A stretch of DNA of 64,000 bases. Source: a phage. Of this stretch, positions 38,164-48,196 are shown piece by piece. Numbering within the stretch: the first letter of the stretch is position 1; every line of letters begins with the position of its first letter. A program made the translations under genes and the position numbers. The notes under the pieces are model-generated. The model was given only the letters and a program-made list of their open reading frames with translations. It did not search any database and was not told the DNA's origin. The stretch lies in NCBI GenBank assembly GCA_025611195.1, contig GCA_025611195.1_4718.2; one strand, 5' to 3'.

Positions 38164-39387
38164 TCAGTAGCTTAGACATCCCGTGCTACGCGCCAACGCA
38201 ACGTCATATGCATCCATGATCGCATCACCGATAGCGGTATGACGAATCAACGGAATACCCATGTCTGGATACTCTTTGGTACCTAAGATGGATACCGGTT
38301 TGTCTTGATACGCGGCAATCATCGAACGGATATCCTGAACCTGGTTATAACGACAAACTGGCTTAAAGCCTGCTTTACGGAACCAATGTTCTAATTGAGG
38401 CCAATCTGTTTCACCGCGAGCAAGATAATAGAAGGTATCCTTACCGTAGTATTCGGTCATCTCATCACGGATATTGTTAACAAATGCATTTACTGTAGCA
38501 ATGGCTTCTTTATAGTCCATCACTCCGACATGCTGAAAACAATAGTCGCGCGCTTCCTTCGGTGCTTTGGTTTGCCACCATTCTACCGTGGACTTACTAA
38601 TATCACCGCCATCAGCGATTTGACCGTAAACGTCAGGGAAGATATCTATACGTGGACCGTTAATAACAGATTCTGGATTAGCTAGATCAAAGAACAAGAT
38701 GCCGATTTCCAGCAGTACCCCGTTCTTTTCCAGACTGAGATTCTCCACATCCAGGCAAAACGCAGGTTTCTCTACCGCTGAAAAATCAAAATATTCTTCG
38801 AGGCGCGGCGTTGGTTCGGCGGCGAAAAACGTCTCATGAATGAACTGGGCGAATGTCTTATTCTCTGCTACTAAGTCAATACCCAATTTACTTAGCAGAG
38901 GTATAATTGCACGGTCGTTGTACTCCATTACCACCAACTCTTGGCTTTTGATAGAACGACCAATTGAGTAAAAAAGATGAACGATATCTAACGGTTTGTA
39001 CGGAGCCTCAAAAGTTGTTCCCTGGAACGACTCAGCCAGCGCCTTATGCGTTTCTTCACGATGATTCATCAGTTGGAAAATAGCACAGCGCAGATAATGC
39101 CGTAATGTTATCTCGTGAAGGTGTGATGTATCTTCCTGAAATAACGTCATGAAACCGTGATATGTATAATACTCGCCTCTTTGAATTTCTTCGAGGAGTT
39201 CTTTGTCCCCATTTATTTCCTCTGGTGTTATCGGTTCGATTTGATCATGGATAATATTGAGCAGGTCACTGCCGTGTACCTTAAACAGTTTTTCAACGCT
39301 AAAATCGGGTAATGTCGCAATTGCTGCGTACATTAATGTTTCTGCGGGATTAAGTTCTTTATTGTCAATTGTGATGGTTAAAGCCAT
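38164..39387 (-). CDS. protein with C-terminal DEDDh (DnaQ-like) 3'-5' exonuclease domain
   Basis: Exo I-like FCLDVENLSL (DxE) and Exo III-like HTAIGDAIMDAYD (H-x4-D). Start moved to ATG 39387 (GAGGT upstream). Confidence 0.55.
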   Translation of the reverse strand: MALTITIDNKELNPAETLMYAAIATLPDFSVEKLFKVHGSDLLNIIHDQIEPITPEEINGDKELLEEIQRGEYYTYHGFMTLFQEDTSHLHEITLRHYLRCAIFQLMNHREETHKALAESFQGTTFEAPYKPLDIVHLFYSIGRSIKSQELVVMEYNDRAIIPLLSKLGIDLVAENKTFAQFIHETFFAAEPTPRLEEYFDFSAVEKPAFCLDVENLSLEKNGVLLEIGILFFDLANPESVINGPRIDIFPDVYGQIADGGDISKSTVEWWQTKAPKEARDYCFQHVGVMDYKEAIATVNAFVNNIRDEMTEYYGKDTFYYLARGETDWPQLEHWFRKAGFKPVCRYNQVQDIRSMIAAYQDKPVSILGTKEYPDMGIPLIRHTAIGDAIMDAYDVALARSTGCLSY

Positions 39388-39412
39388 TTTATTATACCTC
39401 ATCGAAATCAAA

Positions 39413-39754
39413 TTAGTTAAATTCAGGTTTATCAGCAGCCAGACCAAGTCCAGCCAGTATTACGTAATCATACCAAGCTTTTACTTTTGCTTTCGCTTCA
39501 TCTAAACTATCTGCGTTGATGTGCGGAAACTCATCGTTGACTGGGAAAGGTAAATCGCAGTCGTAGCTTGTATAGTCTTTCCAACCTTTCCATTCGATAG
39601 TTAGAGAACCAAAAACGGTCTCAGCAACAACGTGGTTATAGCGACATTCTTCACATGGCGTACGCTCTTCCGACCAAACAAGCTCGTGCTGTGCTAAAAG
39701 TTGTTGTACGACCGATAATGGTTGCTCTTCATTAAGTTCGATACTGTCTATCAC
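39413..39754 (-). CDS. hypothetical protein
   Basis: 113-aa ORF; ATGA overlap. Confidence 0.5.
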   Translation of the reverse strand: MIDSIELNEEQPLSVVQQLLAQHELVWSEERTPCEECRYNHVVAETVFGSLTIEWKGWKDYTSYDCDLPFPVNDEFPHINADSLDEAKAKVKAWYDYVILAGLGLAADKPEFN

Positions 39755-40347
39755 TGTATACCCTCCTTTTCCTTATCGTAATTACTACACATATTGACAA
39801 ACGCAGTATTATCAGACAGCATGCTAACCATCTGACGGATTGCGTCCAACGGTTCAAGTTTAGGATTGATTGATTCACCGGTCAACGCGCTTATTGCTCG
39901 TGTGATCTCAGCCAAATCAACGTTCGGGTCTTTATCATCAATGATGAGCAGACTCTTCGCCGGTTTCTGACGACGTTTGATGATTAACAAATACGTGACA
40001 AGGTTCTCACGCCAAGCGTCAGAATCCAGATTGCGTATCAGGGTTAACGCACGACGTTCTTCCGCCCATGATGGTTTCTCACGGATAACGGGCATGTAAG
40101 ATAATTGCTCAGCAAGCCCTTTCAAACTGACACGGTTGGTGCCACCAGGATGCTCACTAATCCGCAACATCTCGGTTAACAGACGGACATATGCGGTTGT
40201 TGTAGAAACACCCCGCAGCGGCAGGAACAAATTATGTCCCGGAACCCCATCATGACTCAGCGGTGCGATATACGCCATGAATTGACGGATATCGTCATCG
40301 GTCTGTTCTCCAGCAACGAACTTAAACGCTTCACGTAGAACGCTCAC
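39751..40347 (-). CDS. hypothetical protein
   Basis: 198-aa ORF. Confidence 0.5.
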   Translation of the reverse strand: MSVLREAFKFVAGEQTDDDIRQFMAYIAPLSHDGVPGHNLFLPLRGVSTTTAYVRLLTEMLRISEHPGGTNRVSLKGLAEQLSYMPVIREKPSWAEERRALTLIRNLDSDAWRENLVTYLLIIKRRQKPAKSLLIIDDKDPNVDLAEITRAISALTGESINPKLEPLDAIRQMVSMLSDNTAFVNMCSNYDKEKEGIQ

Positions 40348-40633
40348 TACGAAGTCTCCTTAATGTTTCTTTTATATGCAATCTCTTCGGCAAGTACAGA
40401 CGTTTGTACAGATCAACTAACAGATAACGCATAACGGAAGCAACCACCAGGTATTCGCCTTCAGCTTCCGAATAGCGTATCATGTTAATCGGGTAATTCA
40501 AATAAGAATAAGAAAAGAGATCATCATTGGTGAGGCGATGATCTTCAAGATACTGACGAAACAATTCTGCTAAGGCATCGTACTCCATTCCGTAGTAACA
40601 CAACGATACCTGTCTTACCGACAGTCGTTTCAT
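40331..40633 (-). CDS. hypothetical protein
   Basis: 100-aa ORF. Confidence 0.45.
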   Translation of the reverse strand: MKRLSVRQVSLCYYGMEYDALAELFRQYLEDHRLTNDDLFSYSYLNYPINMIRYSEAEGEYLVVASVMRYLLVDLYKRLYLPKRLHIKETLRRLRSERST

Positions 40634-41472
40634 GCTGAGTTACCTTTTAGTTTTCCGCGTATCATGTCAACAACGCGTGAGGGATCAGAAATAACATTAG
40701 CGATAAGATGATCGATAGGTAGGTCGAGAACGATTTTCTTCAGCTGGAAAGTCGTATCTTTACGACGCACGCCGTAGAACACACCATCTTTAAACACAAC
40801 CTCGTACGAAATTGGTAGCTGACTGATAATCGTGTTAGCGTAATCACCCAACCACATCGACCCCGCCATCAAATGCGCACAAACCGCATGACTAATACGC
40901 ACATCTTTGTTCTTCTGGCTAACGTCTTTGATTTTCGACATGGTGACCAGAAGTTCACCGATCTTACTGAGCATATCGTCGTATACCCCAAAGAACTTAA
41001 TCAGTTGTCGGGCACCTAACGATATATATGTTTCTCGCGGTAAGACACAACACACCTGCGGTAACGTCCCAACCCCATAGACACAACTGTGGGGTGACAA
41101 TGGGAGCAAATCAGCAACCGCGTTCTTGATGTTGTTATACTCAACGATATCGTTGAACGGCGAAAGCCCTTTCGTAATCGGTTTATCAATCGCCACATCA
41201 AACTCCGCGAACGTCCATGCTGCTTTACGGGGTTCCCCTTTCTTGTACGGTGGGGCCAGTATCGCAACAACACGAAGTCGATACTCATGTGTATCGCGTA
41301 GCTTAAGTTGGATACCATCATCATCGCCTTCACGCACAAGTGAGTAGCGGCTCGCGCAACCATCACAGACCACCGTTGGTTCGTGTTGACCGTATGCTGC
41401 AAGCATCGGTTTACTAAGATCTTTATCACAGTGTTTACAATGATGATCCTGTTCCTGATAACTGATTTTCAC
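40630..41472 (-). CDS. hypothetical protein with N-terminal zinc ribbon
   Basis: HHCKHCDK...VVCDGCASRY (CxxC...CxxC). Confidence 0.5.
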   Translation of the reverse strand: MKISYQEQDHHCKHCDKDLSKPMLAAYGQHEPTVVCDGCASRYSLVREGDDDGIQLKLRDTHEYRLRVVAILAPPYKKGEPRKAAWTFAEFDVAIDKPITKGLSPFNDIVEYNNIKNAVADLLPLSPHSCVYGVGTLPQVCCVLPRETYISLGARQLIKFFGVYDDMLSKIGELLVTMSKIKDVSQKNKDVRISHAVCAHLMAGSMWLGDYANTIISQLPISYEVVFKDGVFYGVRRKDTTFQLKKIVLDLPIDHLIANVISDPSRVVDMIRGKLKGNSA

Positions 41473-41487
41473 ATCAGGGCTCCTTTG

Positions 41488-42444
41488 TTAATGTAATACG
41501 CGATCTACTGGAATTGTCGACGCGTTGCTGGCGGACAGATTCGTTGCTTTACGATCAGGACTGAATCGACGAGCGTTCTCTTCATGGTAGTTAACCGGGT
41601 TATCCTGTTTCAGCAATTCTATTGCTTCATCAAACGCTAATTCCCTATAACCCTTTGGATATAGGAACAGGGGTTCGTCAATATCCAACCCTTTAACAAA
41701 CTCATGCGACAACCAAACGCTACCATCAGCACTGTAAAGAACAGGCTCAACATCATAATCCAAAACGTATTGATACCAGTAATTAAACAGTTGGGCGATC
41801 CATCGATTACGTAATAAATAATCGATTACAACCGCACTACGCACGCTATGGCACCAGCCGATCTTACCGTCAACTCTCTGCAACAACGTACCGTCATTTG
41901 CTTGGTGGATGACAGCATTAAATAACCAGGCAAGATCGGTTGCGAAAAGTGCCGCTTCTTGAATATCGCTAATGTAGCGCACAGGTATCGTCAGATGAGT
42001 GCGGTAATGCGCCATCGCTTCTTCGTAGTTGTCTCCTTCGATACAGAGAATACCATTTGACGACAGATGCCCCTGATTCAATGACTGACTGATATAAAGA
42101 TCAGCGATCGCGTTAATATGTTCGACGGTACCCAAGGTTAATTCAGACATAAAACGATCAACGTCAACGGACATCGATGTACCGGAAATGAACGGATTGG
42201 CTGGGCGAGCCGTATTAGAGAAAATAATCGACCAGATCGCTTCGTGTTTTTCATCCGATGGGACAAACGAAATATGGCGTTCTGCACTATTAGCATCAAC
42301 AGATACTTCTACTGTTTTCAAGCAGCTAGTACAAACATAACACGTGTTCGGCAACGGCATATCCGAAAACATATCGTAACGAATTGTCGCAATTGAAATA
42401 TCATGTCCGCAGTGAGGGCATGTGGTATCAATAAGTGTTCTCAT
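41488..42444 (-). CDS. hypothetical protein with N-terminal zinc ribbon
   Basis: TTCPHCGHD...CYVCTSCLK. Confidence 0.5.
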   Translation of the reverse strand: MRTLIDTTCPHCGHDISIATIRYDMFSDMPLPNTCYVCTSCLKTVEVSVDANSAERHISFVPSDEKHEAIWSIIFSNTARPANPFISGTSMSVDVDRFMSELTLGTVEHINAIADLYISQSLNQGHLSSNGILCIEGDNYEEAMAHYRTHLTIPVRYISDIQEAALFATDLAWLFNAVIHQANDGTLLQRVDGKIGWCHSVRSAVVIDYLLRNRWIAQLFNYWYQYVLDYDVEPVLYSADGSVWLSHEFVKGLDIDEPLFLYPKGYRELAFDEAIELLKQDNPVNYHEENARRFSPDRKATNLSASNASTIPVDRVLH

Positions 42445-42674
42445 TGTTGAATTCCTTTTGATAAGAATAACTGTATATCGGTAAACTGTTCTTTAGGAAC
42501 ATCGTCGGCAGCCGTTAGAACCTCAGGACCGTGTTCGTTGAGGTAAGCTTCTCGTTGAAGATGATAAAGTCGATTGGCTTCTTGGAACTCAGTGTCCGTC
42601 ATGTAAACCAACTTAAACTTCGAACGTTTATTCGGATTATATCTCTTATTACGTTTCTTTGGTTTCTTCGCCAT
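42441..42674 (-). CDS. small basic protein
   Basis: Start moved to ATG 42674 (GAGG upstream); MAKKPKKRNKRYNPNKRSK. Confidence 0.45.
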   Translation of the reverse strand: MAKKPKKRNKRYNPNKRSKFKLVYMTDTEFQEANRLYHLQREAYLNEHGPEVLTAADDVPKEQFTDIQLFLSKGIQQ

Positions 42675-42686
42675 AATAGCCTCGTG

Positions 42687-42713
42687 AAGGTGGATGGTAC
42701 ACCCATCCACCTT
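42687..42713 (-). promoter_or_regulatory. stem-loop AAGGTGGATGG-TACAC-CCATCCACCTT
   Basis: Perfect 11-bp stem between the stop of 42722..43243 and the start of 42441..42674. Confidence 0.5.
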
Positions 42714-42721
42714 CCTCCATG

Positions 42722-43243
42722 TTAAAGTGCGTTCATTTCTTCAGGTGTGCGTACAGTGCGCGTGTTGGGATCGACCATTGCTGGTACGCCCGCAGGACAT
42801 TTACGGACATCAATCCGCATCTCAGGCTCGATCGGACGAACGCGATACGTTTTACCGTCGTCGGTTAACACCGAAATGGTCAACGCTTGGTTCAATTCAT
42901 TAACGAAGTTCACCAAACGCTGCTGCCCGCCTGCCGACCAGAAGTTGAGATCGGTTTCTCCGCTGAAATAACTGATTCCTTCGGCGGTCCCAATCGTGAT
43001 TTTAACGATGCCCGGATAGTCACGAAGAAGGGGTGCCTGATAACCTTCATCTTCCGTATCCAATTTTACCCACGCGCCTCCCGTAGACAAGCAGTTAACT
43101 TCCAAGGCGGTTGGCGCACTGACTTCTGCCGATGACCAGGTATACATCGTGCCTAGTTTAGCGTGTCCGGTTTCCAGCTCGCTGTAATCCCAAGCGTGTG
43201 CTGATGCCGTAATAAAGAGGGCTGCAAGAAACAACTTTTTCAT
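42722..43243 (-). CDS. secreted protein
   Basis: Signal peptide MKKLFLAALFITASAHA. Confidence 0.6.
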   Translation of the reverse strand: MKKLFLAALFITASAHAWDYSELETGHAKLGTMYTWSSAEVSAPTALEVNCLSTGGAWVKLDTEDEGYQAPLLRDYPGIVKITIGTAEGISYFSGETDLNFWSAGGQQRLVNFVNELNQALTISVLTDDGKTYRVRPIEPEMRIDVRKCPAGVPAMVDPNTRTVRTPEEMNAL

Positions 43244-43298
43244 TCTTTTCGATTCCTATTAAAAGTGACCGATTTCTGTGGTCAGGATTGCTAATACA

Positions 43299-43733
43299 TT
43301 AAATCTGGTTTTGTTTCCGTATTGCACGGTTACGTTTACGTTCTTGGTCTTTGACAGTACCAAGAAACTTCCTTAATTCTGACGGTTCGAGCGTACCCTC
43401 ACGTACCACGCCGTTTTGTTCGATATGGTACGACCAATAACCAACTTCAGCTGTTAAAGATAACGTTGTTGGTTGCGCATCAGGCAACGATCGGGGTGAG
43501 AAAATAAAGAGTAATTCAAAAGGCGTTTCTCGGCTGATGGTGGGACGGATACTAACGTCAAGCCCCTCCCATCGCTGCGGCTTAAATATTCCTCCGGCGG
43601 CGACGATTGTCTCCGAGCGTTGGTCTACAAGCTCAGCTAATTCACGATCGTCATTGAAATAAATATCGTGAAGGATATCTGTGTCGATAAAAAACCCGCG
43701 CTCCAAATCGTGACGAACAATTGAATTCTTCAT
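43299..43733 (-). CDS. hypothetical protein
   Basis: Start moved to ATG 43733; the ORF-track ATG at 43760 is the alternative. Confidence 0.45.
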   Translation of the reverse strand: MKNSIVRHDLERGFFIDTDILHDIYFNDDRELAELVDQRSETIVAAGGIFKPQRWEGLDVSIRPTISRETPFELLFIFSPRSLPDAQPTTLSLTAEVGYWSYHIEQNGVVREGTLEPSELRKFLGTVKDQERKRNRAIRKQNQI

Positions 43734-43807
43734 TCTAACGCCTTTGTTGTTTGTTTTCATGTCCTATACGAACACGAAAAACCGTTAATTTTTACCTTGA
43801 TTGCGTG

Positions 43808-44095
43808 TTAAAATTCCACACCGCGACCGGTCATCGACGAAGGAACCGTGCGATAATAGAAGTAGATGTAATGGTCACGATGGCTAAAATAGTTTTTGCA
43901 AGCATAGAACTCTCCAGATCCAATGAATGATTTAATACGTGTAACTTGAGGGTGTCGTTCGATTAGCGCTCGTAGGACGATTTCCATTTGGTGTGCGCTC
44001 AAGCCTGGTCGAGCTGCGACATGATAATGAAGCTCCTTAAGAAATCGTTTCCAGGGTTCGGGTTGTGTCGACGATCGAGACATCGTTATCTCCAT
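43808..44095 (-). CDS. hypothetical protein
   Basis: 95-aa ORF downstream of a stem-loop/TTATGC element. Confidence 0.45.
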   Translation of the reverse strand: MEITMSRSSTQPEPWKRFLKELHYHVAARPGLSAHQMEIVLRALIERHPQVTRIKSFIGSGEFYACKNYFSHRDHYIYFYYRTVPSSMTGRGVEF

Positions 44096-44114
44096 AGCAG
44101 GTACCGGTAACGCG

Positions 44115-44139
44115 GCATAAACCCTCCCCGAAGGGAGGG
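44115..44139 (-). promoter_or_regulatory. stem-loop CCCTCCC-CGAA-GGGAGGG followed on the minus strand by TTTATGCCG
   Basis: 7-bp stem 44122..44139 after the stop of 44150..44707; TTTATGC at 44115..44121 (minus). Confidence 0.55.
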
Positions 44140-44149
44140 CGGTTAATGA

Positions 44150-44707
44150 TTACTCCATCCATACTTCTTCGTCGTAATGATTTTCTATCGCATTACGCCA
44201 AAAACGTACGGTGTCCAAACTAATCGGTGCGTAAAAATGTTGGTCAACGCCTACATTAAGTCCGTTGGCCTTCGCTAACATACAGCGATGAATATGCCCG
44301 AATAGATTGAAGTAGCCCGGGTTTCTTTCGCTGGGTTTATGGCATAGCCAGTAGGATTCGTCATTGCTAATCGGCAATACCAACGGATGTTCATAAACAG
44401 CAGCAAACCCCATACCGAGCAGTTTATCACGCCACGCGTCGAAGCTTAATCCTGTCGCTTTGTATGCGTCTTCGTCCCAATTCCCCATTACCAATTGAAC
44501 CTGGATATCAGAACGAATGGCTTCCACGAACTCGAACTTACCCCAATCACCTAAATGCCACAACACACTGTTCTTTGGAAGATTGTTGATGGCTTTCAGC
44601 ATATGTTGGTTCATATCGGCGACGCTTGCGAACGGACGGCGTGAATACGTCCATGTACGCTCGCTATCGAAATGGGTATCCGATGTAAAGAAGATGGGTG
44701 GGGTCAT
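44150..44707 (-). CDS. calcineurin-like metallophosphoesterase
   Basis: Motifs SDTHF (D-x-H), LGDWG (GD), GNWDED (GNHD/E-like) and GHIHR (GH-x-H) in canonical order. Confidence 0.75.
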   Translation of the reverse strand: MTPPIFFTSDTHFDSERTWTYSRRPFASVADMNQHMLKAINNLPKNSVLWHLGDWGKFEFVEAIRSDIQVQLVMGNWDEDAYKATGLSFDAWRDKLLGMGFAAVYEHPLVLPISNDESYWLCHKPSERNPGYFNLFGHIHRCMLAKANGLNVGVDQHFYAPISLDTVRFWRNAIENHYDEEVWME

Positions 44708-45186
44708 TGATCTAATTGCTCCAGAAATGCGCGACCCGATTTACTTGCTTTTAAATGCTGTTCTGCGGAAGTAAGCAGAAGATCGGTTGGTGTGAATGCA
44801 GCGCTACCTTTCCACGCCGTTTTCAGTTTACCCTTTTCGATACTGAACTGAATCAGTTGTTGGGTACCGAAGTTAAGCGTGTTCGTCGCGGCGCTAAATA
44901 CACCACCCATCATGCTGTAACCAAAGACTTTCACATTTTCCGTGTAGAAGTCATTGTCGATCAATTTGTTCTGGAGCTCGAGTTGATCGGACGGCAGCAA
45001 TCCCCCATCAAAGACACTTAAAATACCAGCCAGGCGATACATACTCACCTTCCCTGCAACGCCCACCACGTAATTGCCATACACGGTTTCTTCCAGTTTA
45101 GCAACAACGGTGCGATCGTCGGAGGTTTTCATCGAAACCTCAATACCATCACCAACTTCTGTCAACGTTAAATCAACGATACTCAT
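44704..45186 (-). CDS. hypothetical protein
   Basis: 160-aa ORF; ATGA overlap with the phosphoesterase gene. Confidence 0.5.
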   Translation of the reverse strand: MSIVDLTLTEVGDGIEVSMKTSDDRTVVAKLEETVYGNYVVGVAGKVSMYRLAGILSVFDGGLLPSDQLELQNKLIDNDFYTENVKVFGYSMMGGVFSAATNTLNFGTQQLIQFSIEKGKLKTAWKGSAAFTPTDLLLTSAEQHLKASKSGRAFLEQLDQ

Positions 45187-45208
45187 TCATCATTCTCCGC
45201 TTTCATGT

Positions 45209-45895
45209 TTAACACATGATTTCACCATGTTTCTTTTCAACATACGTATAAACATCATCCAAATAAGCAATGAGTTTATCCCGATTTGCACAAAGCGATT
45301 TAATCACCGCAATCTCTTTCATATAAAGCTGCTGACCTAACGCCGGATAAGTAATCCAAGCATAGCCGTCAGGCGCAAATTTAGAAATAAGATAATCGGC
45401 GGTTTCCTGTAGTGCGAACTCTTTACTCATCTGACCGTAACGATGTTCGATTGCACGGATACCAAAACGTTCGCTATCCAGACGACCCATATCCGCCAAA
45501 CGAAGCACCTGAGAAGCAACCGAGCTACGTGGACCGGAGTATGAGGCGCGGTGTTCAGCAATAAGTACACGTATCTCCTCGATGTCTTCTGGTGTGAAAA
45601 TATGTTGCTCGTTACGAAGCAGGATAACCGATGCACGAATACCTCCGATAAGGTGGTGGTACGTTCTGTTTTCGTGGCATGCAATATCATGCATAAAAGC
45701 GGCAGTTAATAGACGACGACGTTCCGTGGGTCTGATGATGCCAACCACATCGGCAAGTTCATTTGCCAATTCGACAACAGCAAGCACGTGTTCTTCTTGA
45801 TGAGCAAGATCATTTTTACGAATATTATCAATTACTTCAGTGCGTGTTTCCTGAGATAAGAAATTTAGACAATCCAACGAATATAAAGATTTCAT
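45209..45895 (-). CDS. HD-domain phosphohydrolase
   Basis: H...HD...D pattern (HVLAV ... AAFMHDIA ... D). AAAGAGG before ATG. Preceded by the TATATTAC element. Confidence 0.6.
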   Translation of the reverse strand: MKSLYSLDCLNFLSQETRTEVIDNIRKNDLAHQEEHVLAVVELANELADVVGIIRPTERRRLLTAAFMHDIACHENRTYHHLIGGIRASVILLRNEQHIFTPEDIEEIRVLIAEHRASYSGPRSSVASQVLRLADMGRLDSERFGIRAIEHRYGQMSKEFALQETADYLISKFAPDGYAWITYPALGQQLYMKEIAVIKSLCANRDKLIAYLDDVYTYVEKKHGEIMC

Positions 45896-45944
45896 CGCAC
45901 GTACCTCTTTGAATCGGTAGATAGATTAATAGATATTGATTACT

Positions 45945-45968
45945 CACGTAAGTAATATAGCCGTGAAA
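45945..45968 (-). promoter_or_regulatory. candidate early-type promoter: TTTCACGGCTATATTAC (second copy)
   Basis: Exact 17-mer shared with 17352..17368, minus orientation, about 56 nt upstream of ATG 45895, followed by the imperfect palindrome TTACGTGAGTAA. Lies in the divergent intergenic region 45896..46111. Confidence 0.5.
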
Positions 45969-46048
45969 GGATTTGTGTTGGTCCGTTTCGATGCCCATCG
46001 TATTTTATGGATTGTCGAATGACGTCATTTTTAAGGGACATCCCCGAC

Positions 46049-46088
46049 CTCCTCCCCACACCTTTCCTGGGGAGGAGTTTTATCATAC
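46049..46088 (+). promoter_or_regulatory. stem-loop CTCCTCCCC/GGGGAGGAG followed by TTTTATCATAC, upstream of plus-strand helicase gene
   Basis: 9-bp stem at 46049..46077, then TTTTATCATAC at 46078..46088, 24 nt before ATG 46112. The same TTTTATCATAC occurs at 54712..54722. Confidence 0.45.
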
Positions 46089-46111
46089 TTTCTATTAATT
46101 CGAGCGCGATT

Positions 46112-48193
46112 ATGTTGGATAGAATCAATCGTTTAATGAACCGAATGACGGTTAAAAATCAGAGTAACAATACCGTGCATATCGGGGGTATCGATGCGTG
46201 GCGTCTTTCAGATGACATTCAGCGTATATGGGGTACCTCCCGATTTATGAAACACATGTTTCGTAATTTCTCTTCTAGTGGACTCAGTCTCCACAACTTT
46301 TACCTTCCCGATTTCGTTTATATTCTCGAAACGATCATCGAAGCAAAGAATACCCGTAGTAACAAACGCATGCTGAAACACCTTATCGAGATACTACTGC
46401 AGGAAACATGGTTGCAAAATACCACCATCGAGCAGCCTGCAATCCTCGATAAAGCACGCATGAACAAAATGCTAACGCTCTCTTTGTTCGATTATCAAGA
46501 TGAGTTCATCGACATCTATAACCGTAATGTACCTAAGTATCGACTGAAAGGATACGTGTGTGCGATGGGTGCTGGTGCTGGTAAAACGATCACAGCATTG
46601 GCATTAAGCGCCGCAATGAACGTCGATGTATTTGTGGTCTGCTGCCCTAAGAACACCATGCGTTCAGCATGGCAATCCGATGTAAACAAAGCCATCGTTG
46701 ATCCTGCAACAGAAACCGCGTTCTGGTCGGATACAATGCCACCATCACAGCTGCAGAAAAGCGATAAATACTATTTTTTACATTACGAATCGATGGGCTT
46801 ATTAAACGATGTGATGATCAAGCATAAACGCACAGCGAAGCGCGTTCTTATTGTTGTTGACGAAAGCCATAACTTCAACGACAAGAACAGCCAACGTTCC
46901 CAGCGACTGGTTGATCTTGTACAGACAATGCGTCAAACCATGAATGCGGATGTGCACGTCTTGTTTATGTCGGGTACGCCTGTTAAACAGATGGGTTCTG
47001 AGATGATCCCATGTTTAGGTTGTATCGATCCGATGTTCCAAGGACAGGTGGTCGATAGCTTCAAAGCAATTTACGGTTTAACCAGCAGCCGTGCTAACGA
47101 TATCCTCAGACATCGTCTTGGGTTCATGATGCATGTCGTACCTAAAGAGGCTTACCGTAAAACCCGTCCGGAAGTTCAGGACGTTTACGTGAAGCTCCCT
47201 AACGGTAGCGATTATACCATCTCGAGCATTCGTGACGACATGGCGATATTTGTACGCGATCGGGCGAAGTATTACAAGGATAACTGGGGACATTACCGAA
47301 AGATTTTTGATGATGCCTTGGACTACTATCGTAAGACTATTCGTACCGACGGAGAACGTAAAGAGCTATCTCGATACGAATCGATTGTTGCGCGTTTCCA
47401 GAAAGGTTACGATCCCGTCAGAGACAAAGAAGATGCGATGTTCTGCAACGCGTTTGAAAAACGTTCCATCATGCCAGTTCTTCCTTCTGATTTAAGGGTT
47501 GCTTTCAAAGACGCCAAGAGCGTCATCAAGTACGTTGGGTTGAAAATTCAGGGTGAAGCGTTGGCGCGTGTTCTGGGCGCAGCGCGCATTCGGTGTCATG
47601 TCGACATGGTGGAATACATCGACTTCGAAGAGTACATCAATAACGCCGAAGCCAAAGTGTTGATCTTCACATCGTACGTTCAGGTGGTTGAACGCGTCGA
47701 TAACATGCTTCGTGATGCGGGCTTCTTACCGGAACCCATTTACGGGAAGACCAACAAAAACATCAACCAAATACTTGCCCGTCTACGCGACGATCCTGAC
47801 AGCGGTCCCGCTATCGCAACATTTGATAGCTTAGCTGAAGGGGTTCCGATGCTGATGTGTAATGTGGGTCTTTTCCTGAACAACCCGTGGCGCTCATCCG
47901 ATGAAATCCAAGCCATCAGCCGTCTCGATCGTGTAGGGCAAACGCAACCTGTTCGGATTTATCGTTTCATGTTAGATACAGGAAGCGAAGGTAACGTTTC
48001 TACACGTAGCCACGAAATCATGGAGTTAAGTCGGCAGCTTGTTGAAGAAATCACGGGCGTCAAATACGTGGTGAACAAGCAAGATGATGTTAACTTGCAG
48101 GAAACGTTAGCGATGGAAGGATACGATCAATACGTTACCGTAAACACCTCGGAATACGATATTAAACCACGACCTGCGTTCTTGGAATGGTAA
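46112..48193 (+). CDS. SNF2-family helicase/ATPase
   Basis: Motif I MGAGAGKT, motif II VVDESHNF, motif III FMSGTPV, motif VI QAISRLDRVGQ. Start moved to ATG 46112. Confidence 0.8.
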   Translation: MLDRINRLMNRMTVKNQSNNTVHIGGIDAWRLSDDIQRIWGTSRFMKHMFRNFSSSGLSLHNFYLPDFVYILETIIEAKNTRSNKRMLKHLIEILLQETWLQNTTIEQPAILDKARMNKMLTLSLFDYQDEFIDIYNRNVPKYRLKGYVCAMGAGAGKTITALALSAAMNVDVFVVCCPKNTMRSAWQSDVNKAIVDPATETAFWSDTMPPSQLQKSDKYYFLHYESMGLLNDVMIKHKRTAKRVLIVVDESHNFNDKNSQRSQRLVDLVQTMRQTMNADVHVLFMSGTPVKQMGSEMIPCLGCIDPMFQGQVVDSFKAIYGLTSSRANDILRHRLGFMMHVVPKEAYRKTRPEVQDVYVKLPNGSDYTISSIRDDMAIFVRDRAKYYKDNWGHYRKIFDDALDYYRKTIRTDGERKELSRYESIVARFQKGYDPVRDKEDAMFCNAFEKRSIMPVLPSDLRVAFKDAKSVIKYVGLKIQGEALARVLGAARIRCHVDMVEYIDFEEYINNAEAKVLIFTSYVQVVERVDNMLRDAGFLPEPIYGKTNKNINQILARLRDDPDSGPAIATFDSLAEGVPMLMCNVGLFLNNPWRSSDEIQAISRLDRVGQTQPVRIYRFMLDTGSEGNVSTRSHEIMELSRQLVEEITGVKYVVNKQDDVNLQETLAMEGYDQYVTVNTSEYDIKPRPAFLEW

Positions 48194-48196
48194 TTA

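Noticed and set aside
45940-46128. 62-aa minus-strand ORF in the divergent intergenic region
   Set aside because: It overlaps the hairpin and motif elements and the start of the helicase gene, with no Shine-Dalgarno. It is probably non-coding regulatory sequence.
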